Positions 31,326 through 33,401 of a stretch of DNA of 33,401 nt are shown in pieces. Both the position numbers and the translations under genes were made by a program. Source of the DNA: Bacillales bacterium UBA1245 (lineage in GTDB: Bacteria > Bacillota_I > Bacilli_A > ML615J-28 > CAG-313); the NCBI GenBank assembly GCA_002308275.1, contig DBWF01000006.1, positions 1 through 33,401 of the forward strand. The letters run 5' to 3'. The notes beneath the pieces are model-generated. The model was given only the letters and a program-made list of their open reading frames with translations, was not told the origin of the DNA and did no database searches. The first letter of the stretch is position 1, and each line of letters opens with the position of its first letter.

Positions 31326-33401
31326 CTATTTCTTTAAAATTTCAGCACAACGTGGACATAATTCATCTTCGTTGACAGATTCGACTACTTGCCAACAACG
31401 ACTACATACAACACCTTCAGCAGGTGTAACTAAGATTTTACCAGATGCAAATTCTTCACCATCGATATCTTCATCAGTAATGACAAGTTGTGACACGATA
31501 AAGATGCGTTGTAAATTGATTGGTAATTGCCCTATTAAATATTTAACTTCACTATTAGGTTTAATCGTAAGTCTAGCACTAAAGCTCTTACCGATTACTT
31601 TATTATTACGAGCATTTTCTAAAGCTTTTAAGACATCATCTCTAAAGGCCATAAATTTATCAAAACGACTCTTTAATTCTTCACTATTAGCATAGTGAAC
31701 AGCATAAGGCATCTTTTCTAGGTAAATGCTTTCTTTCTTTGGACCGACAAAGTATTGATATACTTCTTCAGTTGTATGCGGAATAATTGGAGTTAGCATT
31801 GTAGCTAGAGCATAGCATGTATGATAAATAACCGTTTGCACACTACGTCTTTCAAATGAGTCAGCTTTATCAATATAAAGAATATCTTTCGTATAATCTA
31901 GATAATATGATGATAATTGATTTGTCATAAAGGTTAAACTACTACGATATACTTCATCAAAAGCATAATTTTGATAAGCTTGATGGAGTTTAGCGATTAA
32001 GTCTTGTAATAAACACATCATATATTGATCTTCTTCATGTAAGTCTTCATACTTGATAGCATCCTTTTCAGGATCAAAATCAAATAAATTACCTAACATA
32101 AAACGGAAAGTATTACGAATCTTACGATAAGCTTCCGCATTTTGAGCTAAGATTTCTTTTGAAATCCGGCAGTCAGCTTGATAATCAACAGAAGCTACCC
32201 AAAGTCTTAAAATATCAGCACCACTTTCAACACATACTTGGTTAGGATCAACGGTGTTACCAAGTGATTTACTCATCTTACGGCCTTCACCATCTAGGAT
32301 AAAGCCATGGGTTAAAACAGTTTTATATGGAGCAATACCCGTTACCGCAACACCCGTTGAAATACTAGAATTGAACCAACCACGATATTGGTCAGCACCT
32401 TCTAAATAAAGGTCAGCTGGGTAAGCATGATAGTATTGTTTGAAAGCTGAATGATGTGATGTACCACTATCAAACCAAACATCCATAATATCGGTTTCTT
32501 TCTTGAAGATACCATTTGGACTACCTGGATGAGTAAAGCCTGCTGGTAATAAATCCTTGGCATCCATTTCATACCAAGCGTTTGATCCCTTTTCTTCAAA
32601 GATATCTGCAATATGATTAATTACATCAACATCTAAAATAGCACTACCATCTTCCGCATAAAATACAGGAATTGGAACACCCCAAGCCCGTTGACGAGAA
32701 ATACACCAGTCATCACGGTCTTTAATCATATTTTCAATTCTGATTTCGCCCCAACTTGGAATCCACTTAACACTGGCAATATTATTAAGGATTTCGCCTC
32801 TAATTTTATCAATGGAAGCAAACCATTGAGGGGTCGCTCTAAAGATAATTGGCTTTTTAGTCCGCCAGTCATGTGGATAACTGTGGGTAATCTTCGAAGC
32901 ATGAAGAAGCATTCCTACTTCACTCATACGTTCCATAATCTTAACATTGCATTCTTCGATTGTTAAACCTTCAAATTCACCAGCTTCTTTTGTCATTTTA
33001 CCTAGACTATCGACTGGACATAAAACATCAAGGCCATATTTTTTACCAACAATATAGTCATCAGCACCATGACCAGGAGCGGTATGAACAAGACCTGTAC
33101 CTGCATCTAGCGTTACATGGTCACCAAGGATAACCGGTGAGATTCTATTAAATAAAGGATGACGATAAGTGATACCTTCTAATTGTTCACCACCAAATTC
33201 TTTTTTGATTTCGTAACTTGGTTCACCTAAAACTTTGATGAAGGAAGCCAGTAATTCTTTAGCAACCACAAATTGACGATTATCTACTTTAACAAGGACA
33301 TAATCCATCTTTGGTCCAGCGCAAATAGCAAGGTTCGCAGGGATAGTCCAAGGAGTAGTTGTCCAAATAACTAGTTCACAAGTTTGATCTAATAAGCCTT
33401 T
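31326..33401 (-). CDS. ileS: Isoleucyl-tRNA synthetase, C-terminal about 690 codons (5' end beyond the right edge)
   Basis: KMSKSLGN is present. The frame stays open past the track's Met at 33308 to the window edge, reading ...VIWTTTPWTIPANLAI. The C-terminal zinc motif is CSRCWQ...CPRCAEIL. Confidence 0.95.
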   Translation of the reverse strand, partial: KGLLDQTCELVIWTTTPWTIPANLAICAGPKMDYVLVKVDNRQFVVAKELLASFIKVLGEPSYEIKKEFGGEQLEGITYRHPLFNRISPVILGDHVTLDAGTGLVHTAPGHGADDYIVGKKYGLDVLCPVDSLGKMTKEAGEFEGLTIEECNVKIMERMSEVGMLLHASKITHSYPHDWRTKKPIIFRATPQWFASIDKIRGEILNNIASVKWIPSWGEIRIENMIKDRDDWCISRQRAWGVPIPVFYAEDGSAILDVDVINHIADIFEEKGSNAWYEMDAKDLLPAGFTHPGSPNGIFKKETDIMDVWFDSGTSHHSAFKQYYHAYPADLYLEGADQYRGWFNSSISTGVAVTGIAPYKTVLTHGFILDGEGRKMSKSLGNTVDPNQVCVESGADILRLWVASVDYQADCRISKEILAQNAEAYRKIRNTFRFMLGNLFDFDPEKDAIKYEDLHEEDQYMMCLLQDLIAKLHQAYQNYAFDEVYRSSLTFMTNQLSSYYLDYTKDILYIDKADSFERRSVQTVIYHTCYALATMLTPIIPHTTEEVYQYFVGPKKESIYLEKMPYAVHYANSEELKSRFDKFMAFRDDVLKALENARNNKVIGKSFSARLTIKPNSEVKYLIGQLPINLQRIFIVSQLVITDEDIDGEEFASGKILVTPAEGVVCSRCWQVVESVNEDELCPRCAEILKK

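Noticed and set aside
392-32966. Twenty-five short ORFs (60-138 aa) in the supplied track that lie antisense to or nested within long recognisable genes. They are 392-577, 2991-3239, 6183-6392, 6488-6676, 7242-7469, 7983-8171, 10074-10322, 10762-11013, 12151-12375, 13373-13576, 16632-16844, 19301-19564, 20461-20802, 22381-22614, 23854-24081, 24231-24431, 25364-25561, 25766-26014, 26474-26656, 29162-29440, 29859-30056, 30147-30353, 31279-31695, 32402-32611 and 32691-32966.
   Set aside because: Each is fully contained in a longer ORF with clear family motifs on the other strand or in another frame. They have low-complexity or compositionally odd translations and no RBS. Chance open frames like these are expected in AT-rich DNA.
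599-33401. Alternative genetic code (UGA = Trp, mycoplasma-type), considered because of the low G+C content and lipoprotein richness.
   Set aside because: All recognisable genes are intact under the standard code, Trp positions are TGG, and TGA serves as a stop (e.g. the GH130 gene at 601..599). Code 11 applies.

Overview
AT-rich, densely packed chromosomal segment, mostly minus-strand genes, from a low-G+C Firmicutes/Tenericutes-type bacterium. It uses the standard code: TGA is a stop (GH130 gene) and Trp is TGG, so it is not a code-4 mollicute. Several exported proteins have lipobox signal peptides.

Layout:
(1) 1-6411: a mannan/mannoside utilisation locus. It holds a partial lipoprotein hydrolase missing from the ORF track, a GH130 phosphorylase, a LacI regulator, an SGNH esterase lipoprotein, divergent manA, a small membrane protein and a CE7 acetyl esterase.
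(2) 6415-9390: nadC, tightly coupled to a multi-zinc-ribbon membrane protein and an SPFH/band-7 protein with a C-terminal triple zinc ribbon.
(3) 9473-18528: housekeeping block dinB, recN, dxs, xseB, xseA and nusB, then a sialate-O-acetylesterase-like lipoprotein that seems to lack its catalytic residues, then trmL.
(4) 18672-21734: a GPH/MFS transporter and a 5'-nucleotidase lipoprotein.
(5) 21842-23656: a solo tRNA-Leu(CAA) followed by a 1.7 kb islet. The islet has one intact orphan ORF with four Cys pairs, two sets of about 20-bp-phased triple direct repeats, frameshifted gene debris and its own terminator.
(6) 23657-33401: pepT, then a nucleoside/thymidylate cluster (pdp, histidine phosphatase, folA, thyA, short tail-less SSB, deoD, deoC), an unrecognisable 286-aa protein, and the 3' two-thirds of ileS.

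No CRISPR array, rRNA, transposase or integrase was seen.

The best candidates for something undescribed are the tRNA-flanking islet with its orphan zinc-ribbon protein and the SPFH/zinc-ribbon gene pair. Both calls are tentative, because no homology search could be run. Several start codons in the ORF track were moved downstream to ATGs that have good Shine-Dalgarno sequences.
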